In this document: piece by piece, positions 1-9,529 of the stretch
Layout: each line of letters begins with the position of its first letter
Position numbering within the stretch: the first letter of the stretch is position 1
From: an uncultured Alphaproteobacteria bacterium
GTDB taxonomy: Bacteria; Pseudomonadota; Alphaproteobacteria; Rhizobiales; Xanthobacteraceae
NCBI GenBank assembly: GCA_963756215.1
Contig: CAVWMY010000003.1
Coordinates: forward strand, 333,442 to 397,441
Direction: 5' to 3'
Length of the DNA: 64,000 nucleotides
Notes under the pieces: model-generated
The model's input: only the letters and a program-made list of their open reading frames with translations
Told to the model about the DNA's origin: nothing
Databases searched by the model: none
Program-made: the position numbers and the translations under genes

Positions 1-2
1 TG

Positions 3-176
3 GCGCGGATCGTTGTGTATGCCGACGCCTATCACGATTTCGATCGCGCTAATTTCCCGCTGCACGCACTGGCGGGAAATTCGGATGCCGGCGTACCCGA
101 GCGCGGCCATCTCGGCACCGATTCGGAGGCGCGCGCCAACTCGCAGAAGCGCGTCGCCGAATGGCTGGCGAGATAA
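3..176 (+). CDS. 3' end of an alpha/beta-hydrolase gene (dienelactone-hydrolase-like); 5' part lies outside the window
   Basis: Frame 3 reads ARIVVYADAYHDFDRANFPLHALAGNSDAGVPERGHLGTDSEARANSQKRVAEWLAR then TAA at 174-176. It is absent from the ORF track because it has no start in the window. The C-terminal Y-x-x-A-x-H-x-F pattern resembles the catalytic-His region of DLH-type hydrolases. Confidence 0.4.
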   Translation, partial: ARIVVYADAYHDFDRANFPLHALAGNSDAGVPERGHLGTDSEARANSQKRVAEWLAR

Positions 177-183
177 GCCTTAT

Positions 184-1815
184 CTAAAACAGGCTTCCCT
201 GATCGACCGGCTTGGCAACGCGCTTCGGCGCAGCCGGTTTCGATTGTTCTTTTGGTTCTTTGGACTCTGCCTCGGCCGGCTTGGCGGCACGGGCTGCCGG
301 CGGCCGGTCCGCGTCCGCGGTAGCGCCGACGCGGCCATCGGCGAATTCGATGGACAGATGCGCGCCCGGTCCGACCGCGGCGGCGGCATGAACGGCGAGG
401 CCGTGCTCGTTGCGGACCAGGGCGAACCCGCGGCTCAGCACGCTGCGATAGGACAGCGCCGCCAGCAATTGCCCGCTATGGGTGACCCGTGCCTGATGGC
501 GTTGCATCGCCGTGATCAATGCGCGCCGCGCGCGCTCGGCCAACCGCAGCGCCCGTTCGCGGTTTCGCGCGATAGTCTGTCGCTGTACCTGTGCATTGGA
601 AAGTTTCGACGCCTTGAGCCGGGCCTCAAGCCCGGCATAACGATCCCGACGGTTTCGCAGGAGCGACCGCGCCGAATGCATCATCCGCTCGCCGGATGCG
701 GTCAGCCGTTGCTTCGCCTGCGCGACCTGGCCGCGCAGTACCCGCACGGTGAGCCTGGCGCTGGCGCCCGCGAAACGGCGGAAATGGGCATGCGTATTGG
801 CCTTGAGCGCGCGGGGAAGGGCGCTGGCGGCGCCGTCGAGCCGCTGGCGCGGAATCGCCAGCAGTTCACCGGCCAGAGGAAGCGCGCGGGCCGCCGCCCG
901 CAGTTCGTTGCGGCGGCTTTCCTGGCCGCGCTGCCAGCACACCATCGTGCGCCGCGCCAGCGTCGAGACCTCGACGAACAGTTCGCTGCGCACCGGCACC
1001 GCCATTTCGGCGGCGGCCGTCGGCGTCGGCGCGCGCTTGTCGGCGGCAAAATCGATCAGCGTGATATCGGTCTCGTGGCCGACCGCCGAGATCAGCGGGA
1101 TCATGCTTTCAGCGGCGGCGCGGACCACGATCTCCTCGTTGAAGGACCACAGGTCCTCCAGCGAGCCGCCGCCGCGCGCGACGATCAGAAGATCGGGGCG
1201 CGGAATCCGGCCCTGCTCCGGCAGCGCATTGAAGCCGCGGATCGCCGCGGCGATCTGCTCGGCCGAGCCTTCGCCCTGAACCCGCACCGGCCATACCAGC
1301 ACGCGGCGTGGAAAGCGGTCTTCCAGCCGATGCAGGATGTCGCGGATAACGGCGCCGGTCGGCGAAGTGACGACGCCGATCACCTCCGGCAGCCACGGCA
1401 ATAGCTGCTTGCGCGCCTCGTCGAACAGCCCCTCGGCGCCGAGCTTGCGCTTGCGTTCTTCCATCAGCGCCATCAGCGCGCCGATCCCGGCGGGCTCGAT
1501 CGCCTCGATCACAATCTGATATTTCGATGAGCCGGGGTAGGTCGTAAGCTTGCCGGTGGCGATGACCTCGAGGCCTTCCTGCGGCTTGAAGCGCATCCGG
1601 TTATGGACGCCCTTCCAGATCACCGCCTCGATCTTGGCGCTCTCATCCTTCAGCGCGAAATAGCAGTGCCCGGAGGCGTGCGGCCCGCGGAAACCGGAGA
1701 TTTCGCCGCGCACCCGGACATGGCCATAGGCGTCCTCCACCGTCCGCTTCAACGCGGAGGACAGTTCCGAGACGGTAAATTCGGGCGCGTTGAGCAGGGC
1801 GTCGGTTACGGGCAT
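184..1815 (-). CDS. xseA: Exodeoxyribonuclease VII large subunit
   Basis: The ORF 184..1932 contains [49 protein letters not shown] (OB-fold N-terminus) and a long XseA body. I place the start at the ATG at 1815 (MPVTD), which fits the family N-terminus. Confidence 0.92.
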   Translation of the reverse strand: MPVTDALLNAPEFTVSELSSALKRTVEDAYGHVRVRGEISGFRGPHASGHCYFALKDESAKIEAVIWKGVHNRMRFKPQEGLEVIATGKLTTYPGSSKYQIVIEAIEPAGIGALMALMEERKRKLGAEGLFDEARKQLLPWLPEVIGVVTSPTGAVIRDILHRLEDRFPRRVLVWPVRVQGEGSAEQIAAAIRGFNALPEQGRIPRPDLLIVARGGGSLEDLWSFNEEIVVRAAAESMIPLISAVGHETDITLIDFAADKRAPTPTAAAEMAVPVRSELFVEVSTLARRTMVCWQRGQESRRNELRAAARALPLAGELLAIPRQRLDGAASALPRALKANTHAHFRRFAGASARLTVRVLRGQVAQAKQRLTASGERMMHSARSLLRNRRDRYAGLEARLKASKLSNAQVQRQTIARNRERALRLAERARRALITAMQRHQARVTHSGQLLAALSYRSVLSRGFALVRNEHGLAVHAAAAVGPGAHLSIEFADGRVGATADADRPPAARAAKPAEAESKEPKEQSKPAAPKRVAKPVDQGSLF

Positions 1816-1980
1816 CTCTGGCGATTGAATCGGGGTTTTGGGGTTCGCGCAAGGTTCTCGGTGCGCCCGGTGGGCCGCGAGACACATATCCACACCGGGT
1901 CGGCGGTGTCGGTTGCAGCGGGCCGGCGCCATGTTAAACCGTGCGCCTCATCGCGGCAACTTCCGGTCTGGCTGCATCGC

Positions 1981-3264
1981 ATGCATATTCTCCTACTCGG
2001 TTCCGGCGGCCGCGAGCACGCGCTGGCGTGGAAGATCGCCGCCTCGCCGCTGGTGACGAAGCTCTGGTGCGCGCCGGGCAATGCCGGCATCGCGCGCGAG
2101 GCCGAGTGCGTGGCGCTCGACATCGCCGACCATGCCGCGGTGATCGCTTTCTGCGAAAGCAACGCCGTCGATCTCGTGGTGGTCGGGCCGGAAACGCCGC
2201 TCGCCGCGGGCCTGGTCGATGACCTCGCGGGCGTCGGCATCAAGGCGTTCGGACCAAGTAAACTTGCCGCACAGCTCGAGGGCTCCAAGGGATTTACCAA
2301 AGACCTCTGTGCCGAATTCGGCATACCCACCGGCGCCTATCGGCGATTCACTGACGCCGCCGAGGCTCTGGCTTACGTGCGTGCGCGGGGCGCACCGATC
2401 GTGGTCAAGGCCGACGGGCTCGCCGCGGGCAAGGGCGTCGTGGTCGCCCAGACCCTGCGCGAAGCCGAGGACGCCATCGGCATGATGTTCGATGGCGGTT
2501 TCGGCGCGGCCGGCGCGGAAGTCGTGATCGAGGAGTATCTCACCGGCCGGGAGATCAGCTTCTTCGCATTGTCCGATGGCGAGACCGCGATCGCGTTGGC
2601 CTCGGCGCAGGACCATAAGCGCGTGTTCGATCATGACCGCGGACCGAACACCGGCGGCATGGGCGCCTATTCGCCGACGCCGTTCGTGACGCCGGAAATC
2701 CATGCCGAGATCATGGCGAAAATCATCCTCCCGACGGTCGCTGGGATGAAGGCGCGCGGGATGCCGTTTCGCGGCGTGCTCTATGCGGGTGTGATGCTGA
2801 CGGCGGACGGGCCAAAGCTGTTCGAATACAATGTCCGGTTCGGTGATCCGGAATGCCAGGTGCTGATGCTGCGGATGATGTCCGACATCGTGCCGGCGAT
2901 GCTCGCTTCCATCGACGGACAGTTGAGGAATTTCGATCTGCGCTGGTATCCCGACGCGGCGCTGACGGTGGTGATGGCGGCGAAAGGCTATCCCGGCGAT
3001 TACAAGAAGGGTACGGCGATCTCCGGCCTCGATGACGCCGCCACGATCGAGGGCGTCGAGATCTTCCACGCCGGCACGAGATCGAGCGACGGCGCCATTC
3101 TCGCCAATGGCGGTCGCGTGCTCAACGTCTGCGCCTTGGCCAAGAACGTCACCGAGGCGCAGCAGCTTGCCTATGAAGCGATCGATCGCATCCGATGGGC
3201 GGATGGTTTCTGCCGCCGCGATATCGGCTGGCAAGCGGTGGAGCTGGAGAAGGCGAACGGATAA
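1981..3264 (+). CDS. purD: Phosphoribosylamine-glycine ligase
   Basis: [23 protein letters not shown]...[12 protein letters not shown]...RFGDPE is a classical PurD/ATP-grasp sequence. Start is the ATG at 1981, giving 427 aa. Confidence 0.95.
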   Translation: MHILLLGSGGREHALAWKIAASPLVTKLWCAPGNAGIAREAECVALDIADHAAVIAFCESNAVDLVVVGPETPLAAGLVDDLAGVGIKAFGPSKLAAQLEGSKGFTKDLCAEFGIPTGAYRRFTDAAEALAYVRARGAPIVVKADGLAAGKGVVVAQTLREAEDAIGMMFDGGFGAAGAEVVIEEYLTGREISFFALSDGETAIALASAQDHKRVFDHDRGPNTGGMGAYSPTPFVTPEIHAEIMAKIILPTVAGMKARGMPFRGVLYAGVMLTADGPKLFEYNVRFGDPECQVLMLRMMSDIVPAMLASIDGQLRNFDLRWYPDAALTVVMAAKGYPGDYKKGTAISGLDDAATIEGVEIFHAGTRSSDGAILANGGRVLNVCALAKNVTEAQQLAYEAIDRIRWADGFCRRDIGWQAVELEKANG

Positions 3265-3265
3265 T

Positions 3266-3367
3266 CCGTCATTCCGGCCGGCGCGCAACGCGGGTCGATC
3301 CGGAATGACGGGCCACTCGCGCGTTAGCCGTGCGAAGGGGGTGGATTGCCGGGTCGAGCCCGGCAAT
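3266..3367. repeat. REP-like hairpins
   Basis: Inverted repeats ccgtcattccgg...ccggaatgacgg (3266-3311) and attgccgggtcgagcccggcaat (3345-3367) lie between the convergent purD and acyl-CoA dehydrogenase genes. Related cgtcat/gcaatgacg hairpins recur at 5821-5850, 48826-48905 and 58001-58109. Confidence 0.55.
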
Positions 3368-3427
3368 GACGATCTCGTTTGTTTTCGCACGCCTGGGGCC
3401 GCATGCGCTCATCGAGGATCGCGGCGC

Positions 3428-4660
3428 CTACAGCAAATCGCCGCCCGCCGCCGATGCCGTGGTGCCGTGTTCGCGGAACGCCTTGATGACGTTGCGACCG
3501 ACCCGCCATTTGTGAACCTCGTCGGGACCGTCGACCAGCCGCTGCGAGCGCACCTGCGTGTACCAGGCCGCCAGCGGCGTATCCTGACTGAAGCCGAGCG
3601 CGCCGTGGAGCTGGATCGCAGTGTCGATCACCTTGTGCACCATATGGGCCAGGTACACCTTGGCGATCGAGTTTTCCTGCCGCAGGTCCATGCCCTTTTC
3701 CGCCTTGTAGGCGATATGCAGCAGCATCAGCCGGCCGATATAGAGTTGGCTGGCGCATTCGGCGAGCATGAACTGCACTGCCTGGCGGTCGGCGAGCAGC
3801 ACGCCGAAGGTCGAGCGGTTGGTGATATGGGCCACCGCCATGTCGAGCGCGCGCTGGGCCTTGGCGATGTTATGCATGCCGTGGCGCAGCCGGCCGTAGG
3901 CAAGACGATGCTGGCCCATGTTGAAGCCGTTACCCTCGCCGCCGAGCAGGTTGTCGGCCGGCACCTTGAGATCCCTGATTTCGATTTCGGAATGGCCGCC
4001 GGACAACGCGTCGTAATGCGGGCCGTGGATCGCCATGTTCTTGATGTTGCGCTTGATGTTGTAACCGGGATTCGGCAGTTCGACGATGAAGGTCGAGTAC
4101 TGCTTGTGGCGAGGGGCGTTCGGATCGGTCTTGGCCATCACCAGCGCGATGTCGGCGACGCTGGCCGAAGAGGAAAACCACTTTTCGCCGTTGAGGATGT
4201 AATTTTCGTTGCCGTCCTTCACGGCCGATGTCTGCATGCCGGTCGCATCCGCGCCCGCGGCCTTTTCCGTCATCGAAAAGCAGATGCGCTTGTCGCCATT
4301 GAGCAGCGGCTTCAGGAATTTTTCTTTCTGATATGGCGTGCCGTGCTCCAGGATGGTCATCATCGAGGCGTCGTCGGGACCCTGCGTGTTCATCGACAGC
4401 GCGCCGAGCATGCTTTCGCCGAGCTCCATCTGCACCAGCGCGTTGGCGAGTGGTCCCAACCCCATGCCGCCATATTCCTTAGGTACGAACGGACACCACA
4501 AACCCTGCGCACGGGCCTTTTTGCGCAATTTGCCGAGCACTTCCTCGAGCGGCTTGGAGTCCAATTCCTTCTCCGCGGGAATGCACTCTTCGTGCACCCA
4601 TTTGCGGACTTTCTCGCGGATCGCCTTGGCCTCGGCCGGTACTTCGAAATCGATCGACAT
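3428..4660 (-). CDS. Acyl-CoA dehydrogenase family protein
   Basis: MSIDFEVPAEAKAIREKVRKWV...CFSMTEKAAGADATGMQT...GGEGNGF...VDGPDEVH gives full ACAD architecture. Start is the ATG at 4660. Confidence 0.9.
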   Translation of the reverse strand: MSIDFEVPAEAKAIREKVRKWVHEECIPAEKELDSKPLEEVLGKLRKKARAQGLWCPFVPKEYGGMGLGPLANALVQMELGESMLGALSMNTQGPDDASMMTILEHGTPYQKEKFLKPLLNGDKRICFSMTEKAAGADATGMQTSAVKDGNENYILNGEKWFSSSASVADIALVMAKTDPNAPRHKQYSTFIVELPNPGYNIKRNIKNMAIHGPHYDALSGGHSEIEIRDLKVPADNLLGGEGNGFNMGQHRLAYGRLRHGMHNIAKAQRALDMAVAHITNRSTFGVLLADRQAVQFMLAECASQLYIGRLMLLHIAYKAEKGMDLRQENSIAKVYLAHMVHKVIDTAIQLHGALGFSQDTPLAAWYTQVRSQRLVDGPDEVHKWRVGRNVIKAFREHGTTASAAGGDLL

Positions 4661-4865
4661 GGCATTCCTTCCCTTTGGTTCTTGTTCGCTGGGCAGATGG
4701 ACGCATATATCCGGGGCGAAGCGGCAGCAACGCAAACAAAGTTTGAAATCGCAAGCGCCGCGTCCCGCATGAGGGTGCTATCCAGTATGCGCCGACGTCG
4801 CTTGCGGATGCCGAGCCCTGATGTTTACTGGATTGGCCGCTTTTGAAGATGAGTGAGAGTGCGAC

Positions 4866-5771
4866 ATGCCTGATCTTGCCGATTTGTTTCCCGGATATGC
4901 ATCCGAATGGATCAACACCAGGTCCGGCCGCATTTTCGCTCGTGTCGGCGGCAAGGGGCCGCCATTGCTGTTGTTGCACGGGTTTTCGTCAACCCATGTG
5001 ATGTGGCACACAGTGGCGCCGCAGCTTGCGGACAAGTTCACGCTGATCATCGCCGACCTGCCCGGTTACGGCTGGTCGGACATGCCGGAAAGCGACGAGG
5101 ATCACACGCCCTATACCAAGCGCGCGATGGCGAGGACGATGGTCGAAGCCATGGAGCAACTGGGCCATGTGCATTTCGCGCTCGCCGGGCATGATCGCGG
5201 CGGCCGCGTGTCGTACCGCCTGGCGCTCGATCATCCGGGCCGGCTCTCCAGGCTGGCGGTGCTGGATATCCTGCCGACCTATAATTACTGGGAGAAAATG
5301 AACCGGCTCTATGCGCTCAAGATCTATCACTGGACCTTTCTGGCGCAACCCTCGCCGATGCCGGAGACCCTGATCGGGGGCAATCCGGATTACTTTCTCA
5401 AACAAAAGATGGCGAGCCAGACCAAGTCGAAGACGCTCGAGGAAATAGATCCGCGCGCACTGGAGCATTATCTGGCGCCGTTCCGCGATCCCTCGCGGGT
5501 CCATGCGATGTGCGAGGATTATCGCGCCGGCGCCTATGCCGACTATGACATCGACAAGGCCGATCACGACGCCGGCAAGAAGATCACGATCCCGATGTTG
5601 GCGCTGTGGGGCGATGCCGGCATCGCGAGCGCCGCGGCAACGCCGCTCGACACCTGGAAGACCTGGGCCACCAATGTGACGGGCTCGCCGGTCGATTCCG
5701 GCCATTTTCTGCCCGAGGAAAATCCCGACGTGACGGCGAGCAAGTTGAAGGAGTTTTTTCTGGCGGCGTAG
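4866..5771 (+). CDS. Fluoroacetate/haloacetate dehalogenase (alpha/beta hydrolase)
   Basis: It is colinear with the R. palustris RPA1163 fluoroacetate dehalogenase as I recall it. Asp110, Arg111, Arg114, Asp134, His155, Trp156, Tyr219 and His280 all sit at identical positions ([29 protein letters not shown]). Confidence 0.85.
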   Translation: MPDLADLFPGYASEWINTRSGRIFARVGGKGPPLLLLHGFSSTHVMWHTVAPQLADKFTLIIADLPGYGWSDMPESDEDHTPYTKRAMARTMVEAMEQLGHVHFALAGHDRGGRVSYRLALDHPGRLSRLAVLDILPTYNYWEKMNRLYALKIYHWTFLAQPSPMPETLIGGNPDYFLKQKMASQTKSKTLEEIDPRALEHYLAPFRDPSRVHAMCEDYRAGAYADYDIDKADHDAGKKITIPMLALWGDAGIASAAATPLDTWKTWATNVTGSPVDSGHFLPEENPDVTASKLKEFFLAA

Positions 5772-5923
5772 CCAGGGGGGCTGGGTTGATTTCGGTTTTA
5801 ATTTAGTTGCACCAAAGCGTGCCGTCATACCCGCGAAAGCGGGTATCCACGAAACGCAGGCGCGGGTGATTACTGGATCATCCGCTTTGGCGCGTGAAGA
5901 CGACGGGCGCCGTTTTTGGCAAC

Positions 5924-6370
5924 CTACCGCCGCGCCTTGAAAAACTCACGCAGCAACGACGCTGCTTCGCCTTCGCCAACGGACGAATAAACCTCCGGCA
6001 CGTGATGGCAGGTGGGTGAGCCGAAGAAGCGGACACCGGATTCGATCGCGCCGCCTTTCGGGTCGGCCGCGCCGTAATATAACCGCCGAATCCGCGCCAA
6101 AGAGATCGCACCGGCGCACATCGTGCACGGCTCCAGCGTGACATAGAGGTCGCAATCGACCAGCCGCTCGCTGCCGACGACCTCGGCGGCCTGCCGGATG
6201 GCGAGGATTTCGGCGTGCGCGGTCGGGTCGCGGTCGGTCAGAGTCCGGTTCCCGGCCGCGGCGATCACCTCGTTATTGTGCACGATCACGCATCCGATCG
6301 GCACTTCGCCGGATTTTCCGGCGTTTTGGGCCGCTTTGAGCGCGAAATCCATGAAAGATGGTGTGGTCAT
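5924..6370 (-). CDS. tadA: tRNA adenosine(34) deaminase
   Basis: It carries the CDA zinc motifs HAE (TAHAEILAIR) and PCTMCAGA and is 148 aa. Confidence 0.9.
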   Translation of the reverse strand: MTTPSFMDFALKAAQNAGKSGEVPIGCVIVHNNEVIAAAGNRTLTDRDPTAHAEILAIRQAAEVVGSERLVDCDLYVTLEPCTMCAGAISLARIRRLYYGAADPKGGAIESGVRFFGSPTCHHVPEVYSSVGEGEAASLLREFFKARR

Positions 6371-6523
6371 GTCTCGTATCGCTTGCAGAACTCTGCTACT
6401 GGGTATGGCTTCAGCAAAAGTGGATACCGGTTTTGCGTGACACTGCGGCTCAAGAAATGAGCGCGCGCCTCACTGCCGTGCCGGTCCTTTCGCGTTTTCA
6501 GCCGTATTCTGGTGAGACCATTC

Positions 6524-8641
6524 ATGCCCCGCGATAACGACAAAAACAACAATTCCCCGCGCGGCCGGCGTGATCGGCCCGGTAGCGGCAAACCCCGCGC
6601 CGGCGGCGGCAAGGGCCGTTCGGGCGCGGCGAGGGGGCCGGAAAAGAAGTTCGCCAAGCGCGGCTTTGCCGGCAAGAGCGACGACGGCGAGCGGAGACCA
6701 TACGCCGGCAAACCGGACCGCGCCAAACCTTATGAGAAAAAACCCTATGCCGGCGCGGGCAAACCTTACGCCGGCAAACGCGACGATGGCCGGCCGCCGC
6801 GCCGCGATTTTGAAGGCGCACCGCGCCGCCATGACGGCGATGCGCCGCGGCCTCGCAGCGATCGTTCGTTCGGCGATCGTTCGCAACGCTTTTCCAGGGA
6901 CGACCGCCCCCGCGACGAAAAGCGTCCCTATACCCCGCGCGGCGAGCGCGGCGACGCCCGGCCGGCCGGGCGGTTTTCCGATCGCAAGTTCGGCGACAAG
7001 AAGCCATATGCAGCGCGAGATGGCGGCGGCGAAAAGCGCGCCTATGCGCCGCGTGGTGAAGGCTTTCGAAAGGGCGGCGATCGACCTCATGGCGATCGTC
7101 CGTCGCGCGACCGCCCGCGCGGCGACCGTCCGGAACGAAAATTCGGCGACGATAGGAAGTTTGCGCGCGGCGATTCGAAGCCGTGGCAGAAACGCGATGC
7201 AGGTTCGCGTGACGATGCCGGCCATCATTCACGGCCGCCGCGCGATGGCGCGCGCAATTTTGACAAGCCCAAATTCGACAGGCCGCGCTCCGACAGGCCG
7301 CGTTACGACAAGCCGCGCGACCCGGGCGCCCGTGAAGAGCGGCGCGGCGACGAGCGTCCGCGATTTTCGCGCCCGCGCGAGGATCGTCCCCGTGGTGATC
7401 GGCCGTTTTCCGATCGTCCCCGTGACGACCGGCCTCGGTTCGATCGTCCGCGCGAGGGACGCAGCGCCTGGCAGGAGCACCCGCGCAGCGAACCGCAATC
7501 CGGTGGCTTTTCCGACCGGCCGCGCCGGGACAACGAAGACGACAGCAAGGTTTTCGTCAAGCGTCCGGCGTTCGGCGGCCGGGGCGCCTATCGTGAGCGC
7601 GCCCCCGACGAGCGCCGCTCGCCGCGACCGCCGCGCGAAAAGAAATCCGGCGAACGCATCGCCAAGGTGGTGTCGCGGGCGGGACTGGCCTCGCGCCGCG
7701 ACGCCGAAGAATGGATCATGCAGGGCCGCGTCAGCGTCAACGGCCGCGTGATCAACTCGCCGGCGCTTGATGTCACCGCCAACGACGCCATTACCGTCGA
7801 CGGCAAGCCGTTGCCGCCGCGCGAGCGTACCCGGCTGTGGATGTTTCACAAGCCGCGCGGCCTGATGACGACCCACGCCGACCCGGAAGGGCGGCCGACG
7901 GTGTTCGACAATCTGCCGGAAGGCCTGCCGCGGTTGATCAGCATTGGTCGACTCGATTTCAACACCGAGGGCCTGTTGCTGCTGACCAATGACGGCGGTC
8001 TGGCGCGGGCGCTCGAACTGCCGGATACCGGCTGGTTGCGGCGTTACCGGGTGCGAGCCCATGGCGAGGTGACGCAGGTCCAGCTCGATGAACTCAAAAA
8101 GGGCATCGAGGTCGACGGCGTCAAATACGGATCGATCGATGCGACGCTGGAGCGCGACCAGGGCGCCAACGTCTGGCTGTTGTTTGCGATCCGCGAAGGC
8201 AAGAACCGCGAAGTACGCAACGTGATGGCGCATCTCGGTCTCGAGGTGAACCGCCTGATCCGCGTATCCTATGGTCCGTTCCAATTGGCCGAACTGCCCG
8301 AAGGCGAGGTCGAGGAGGTCAAGACCCGGGTGCTGCGCGAACAGCTCGGTGAGAAGATTGCCGCTCTCGCCGGCGCGGATTTCACCCGGCCGATGACGGG
8401 CGAACCGGAGGCAAATCCCGACGATGAAACGGCGGATGCGCCGCGCGGCAAGAGGCCGTTCAAGCCGGCCGGCAAGAGCGGGTTGATCGCCGACCGCAAG
8501 GGCCGCCGCGTGCTGGTGCAACGTACCGGCAGCGAGGAAGCCCGTGCGCGCAACGAAGCCGAGGCCAACGGCTACGGCCCGCCGCGGCGCCCGCAGCGCG
8601 GCTATCACGGCAAGCGCGATCTCAAGCCGCGGGACGAGTAG
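6524..8641 (+). CDS. rluB: RsuA/RluB-family 23S rRNA pseudouridine synthase with a roughly 370-aa Arg/Asp/Pro-rich N-terminal extension
   Basis: An S4 domain (ERIAKVVSRAGLASRRDAEEWI..GRVSVNG) and a catalytic core (GRLDFNTEGLLLLTNDG) occupy the C-terminal half. The N-terminal half is low-complexity (DRPR/GDRP repeats). Start is the ATG at 6524 (MPRDNDKNN). Confidence 0.9.
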   Translation: MPRDNDKNNNSPRGRRDRPGSGKPRAGGGKGRSGAARGPEKKFAKRGFAGKSDDGERRPYAGKPDRAKPYEKKPYAGAGKPYAGKRDDGRPPRRDFEGAPRRHDGDAPRPRSDRSFGDRSQRFSRDDRPRDEKRPYTPRGERGDARPAGRFSDRKFGDKKPYAARDGGGEKRAYAPRGEGFRKGGDRPHGDRPSRDRPRGDRPERKFGDDRKFARGDSKPWQKRDAGSRDDAGHHSRPPRDGARNFDKPKFDRPRSDRPRYDKPRDPGAREERRGDERPRFSRPREDRPRGDRPFSDRPRDDRPRFDRPREGRSAWQEHPRSEPQSGGFSDRPRRDNEDDSKVFVKRPAFGGRGAYRERAPDERRSPRPPREKKSGERIAKVVSRAGLASRRDAEEWIMQGRVSVNGRVINSPALDVTANDAITVDGKPLPPRERTRLWMFHKPRGLMTTHADPEGRPTVFDNLPEGLPRLISIGRLDFNTEGLLLLTNDGGLARALELPDTGWLRRYRVRAHGEVTQVQLDELKKGIEVDGVKYGSIDATLERDQGANVWLLFAIREGKNREVRNVMAHLGLEVNRLIRVSYGPFQLAELPEGEVEEVKTRVLREQLGEKIAALAGADFTRPMTGEPEANPDDETADAPRGKRPFKPAGKSGLIADRKGRRVLVQRTGSEEARARNEAEANGYGPPRRPQRGYHGKRDLKPRDE

Positions 8642-8711
8642 GGGCGGCTCGGATGGAGTTAGCGGTTTTTTCCTTTGCTCGGCGCGTGCTGTTTTTGCAT
8701 ACGAAAGACCT

Positions 8712-8825
8712 CCCCGTTCCCCTCCCCCCTTGCGGGGGAGGGTTAGGGAGGGGGGTGCAACACAAAGAATGCCGATGTTGCGCACCCCCACCCCCAACCC
8801 CTCCCCACAAGGGGGAGGGGAGTTT
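8712..8825. repeat. G/C-tract palindromic REP-like element (three hairpins)
   Basis: Hairpins are ccctccccc-ttgc-gggggaggg, ggggtgcaaca...tgttgcgcacccc and cccctcccc-acaa-gggggagggg. A related element lies at 19222-19348. Confidence 0.6.
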
Positions 8826-8842
8826 GCTCGGATTACATTTTG

Positions 8843-9406
8843 ATGCGTGTCGTTGGTGGGCGATTGAAGGGTCGCAATCTGGCGTCGCCGACGTCGCGGG
8901 ACATTCGCCCGACCGCGGACCGGTTGCGCGAGGCGGTGTTCAACATCCTGATCCATGCCTATGACGATCCGATCGCCGAGGCGCGGGTGCTCGACCTCTT
9001 TGCGGGCACCGGCGCGCTGGGCATCGAGGCGGTCTCCCGCGGCGCCGCGTTCACGCTGTTCGTCGACAACGGCGCCGAGGCGCGGGCGCTGTTGCGCAAC
9101 AATGTCGAGGCGCTGGGCTTGGGCGGGGTGACGAAAGTGTACCGCCGCGACGCCGGCGATCTCGGCCCGGCCCATCCGATGGACCCGTTCTCGCTGGTGT
9201 TTCTCGATCCGCCCTATCGCATGAAGCTCGCCGAGAAGTCGCTGGCCTCGCTGCGCGATGGCGGCTGGCTGATGCCGGCCGCGCTGCTGGTGGTCGAGGA
9301 AGCCAAGGCGGCAGCGTTTGCCGCGCCGGACGGTTACGAGGAACTGGAGCGGCGCGCCTACGACGATACCGAGTTTGTGTTTTTGCGGTTTGGCGCAACT
9401 GCTTGA
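8843..9406 (+). CDS. rsmD: 16S rRNA (guanine966-N2)-methyltransferase
   Basis: MRVVGGRLKGRNLASPTSRDIRPTADRLREAVFNIL...LDLFAGTGALGIEAVSRGA...FLDPPY is the RsmD signature. Confidence 0.9.
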   Translation: MRVVGGRLKGRNLASPTSRDIRPTADRLREAVFNILIHAYDDPIAEARVLDLFAGTGALGIEAVSRGAAFTLFVDNGAEARALLRNNVEALGLGGVTKVYRRDAGDLGPAHPMDPFSLVFLDPPYRMKLAEKSLASLRDGGWLMPAALLVVEEAKAAAFAAPDGYEELERRAYDDTEFVFLRFGATA

Positions 9407-9529
9407 CTCCGAATGCCGCGCGAAAGCGGGGGCATCCGGTATTCCAGGGCGCCTAACGCTATCGCGAGCCCCAGGGAATACCAGGTCGCCGGTCAAGCCG
9501 GGCGGCGACGGCCTCGATGCGGATGTGCG

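Noticed and set aside
13-1404. Long ORFs antisense to or overlapping well-supported genes. Examples are 13..1404, 1993..3390, 3032..4846, 7229..9496, 10013..11395, 15538..17112, 19217..20842, 20875..22176, 29919..31787, 31697..33457, 35793..37214, 56492..58006, 57897..59159, 61148..62479 and 62265..63848.
   Set aside because: Their translations are Arg/Ala/Gly/Pro-rich with no recognisable domains. Each lies opposite a gene with clear family signatures. Such shadow ORFs are expected from stop-codon scarcity in DNA of about 65% G+C.
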